From positions 1,374-65,373 of IMG/VR virus record IMGVR_UViG_3300029825_000007: a stretch of 64,000 nt of DNA; one strand, given 5' to 3'. Positions 63,480-64,000 of this stretch are shown here, in pieces. Source of the stretch: a virus. A program made the position numbers and the translations under genes. Every line of letters starts with the position of its first letter. Position 1 is the stretch's first letter. The notes below the pieces were generated by a model, which was given only the letters and a program-made list of their open reading frames with translations, was not told where the DNA came from and ran no database searches.

Positions 63480-64000
63480 TTATAGCACCCCTATTCAGTT
63501 CCAAACATACCCCCTATTCGTTTTCAGAGGGAGGGGGTCGCGGATATATATTATATATATAATAAAGGTTTTAGGTTTTATAAAAGCATAAAATAAAAAA
63601 GAAAAAGAAAAAAGCATTCGCTCCGCTCACTACTTCCGGCTACGGAAATCCTCTCGGATTCCCTAAGATCTACTGTCTTAACCCCAGAGGGGATTACGGT
63701 TTTAAGATATCGGCTATGTAAAGCATCTGTGTGTCTGTATGATTCAAGTCTGTGAAAGAGAAGAACAAGGCCATGAAGACGATAGCTTGTTTATCTATCC
63801 GCTAGGATGTTGCAATATGACGCTATGCGCTGGCTATGTGGCTTAATAAACCTTGTTGGCATAGATTTATATATCTCGTAGCATAAAGGCTGTTAAAACC
63901 CTAAAGACAGAGCCTGTAAGACAGACGGATGTCGCCTGTATACCGCAAGGGATGTCAACTCTCTGTATCTACTTTCATTGTACGGATTGTATACAATATA
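63480..64000. ncRNA. structured/AT-rich non-coding element, copy B (truncated by the window end)
   Basis: There is no credible ORF. It is collinear with the reverse complement of 28150-28620: a shared AT-rich block containing ATAATAAAGGTTTTA, homopurine/homopyrimidine and G/C runs, then a G+C-richer structured part. Confidence 0.35.

Noticed and set aside
1-64000. Genome-wide reassignment of TAG (or TAA) as a sense codon.
   Set aside because: TAG terminates the portal gene, the neck gene at 14953, both methyltransferases and others at sensible positions. Only three genes carry internal stops, and no tRNA with a CUA or UUA anticodon is visible.
1-64000. A CRISPR array, a diversity-generating retroelement or a retron.
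   Set aside because: No regularly spaced direct repeats were seen. No ORF has reverse-transcriptase motifs. The fibre variability is explained by recombination cores rather than a template/variable repeat pair.

Overview
This window is most of a low-GC, Firmicutes/Clostridia-style temperate siphovirus-type phage genome. It appears to be unintegrated: an attP-like site beside an integrase lies inside the phage sequence (about 37.0-37.2 kb). From 1-27.8 kb the minus strand carries the late operon: terS, an inserted island, terL, portal, head, neck, tail, tape measure, tail tip, fibres, holin and the first 46 codons of an endolysin. From 28.7-36.7 kb the plus strand carries an accessory island of small acidic proteins. 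They are driven by repeated consensus promoters that share a 14-bp palindromic operator, and a ribbon-helix-helix (RHH) gene sits in the middle. From 37.2-59.2 kb the minus strand carries the early operon: cro-like gene, antirepressor, Rad50-like ATPase, RecT, SSB, methyltransferases, MazG, dUTPase, replisome organiser, primase-helicase and integrase. From 59.4-63.4 kb lie a CI-like repressor and a lysogeny-side cargo cluster. Four observations stand out. (1) At 2.4-5.5 kb there is a tyrosine-recombinase shufflon-like locus. Four copies of the core CGCCGATTTA (always read in frame as Ala-Asp-Leu) alternate in orientation and would let four different C-terminal domains of about 100 aa be fused to one 70-aa N-terminus of a tail-fibre/receptor-binding protein. 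(2) At 23.77-24.93 kb there is a non-coding locus of about 1.2 kb holding one tRNA-Asn-like gene, two tRNA-like modules with greatly expanded anticodon arms, and a domain of about 540 nt closed by a 15-bp long-range helix. This context and size are typical of ROOL/GOLLD-class giant phage RNAs. (3) Three early genes carry in-frame stop codons (two TAG, one TAA). The TAA sits in a 6-nt insertion placed exactly inside the HxHxDH motif of a metallo-beta-lactamase-fold protein. (4) Several conserved non-coding elements remain unexplained. One is an element of about 60 nt repeated after the major capsid and major tail genes. Another is a pair of homologous structured/AT-rich elements in inverted orientation at 28.15-28.6 kb and 63.5-64.0 kb. 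All calls come from reading the sequence and ORF translations by eye; no searches were run.
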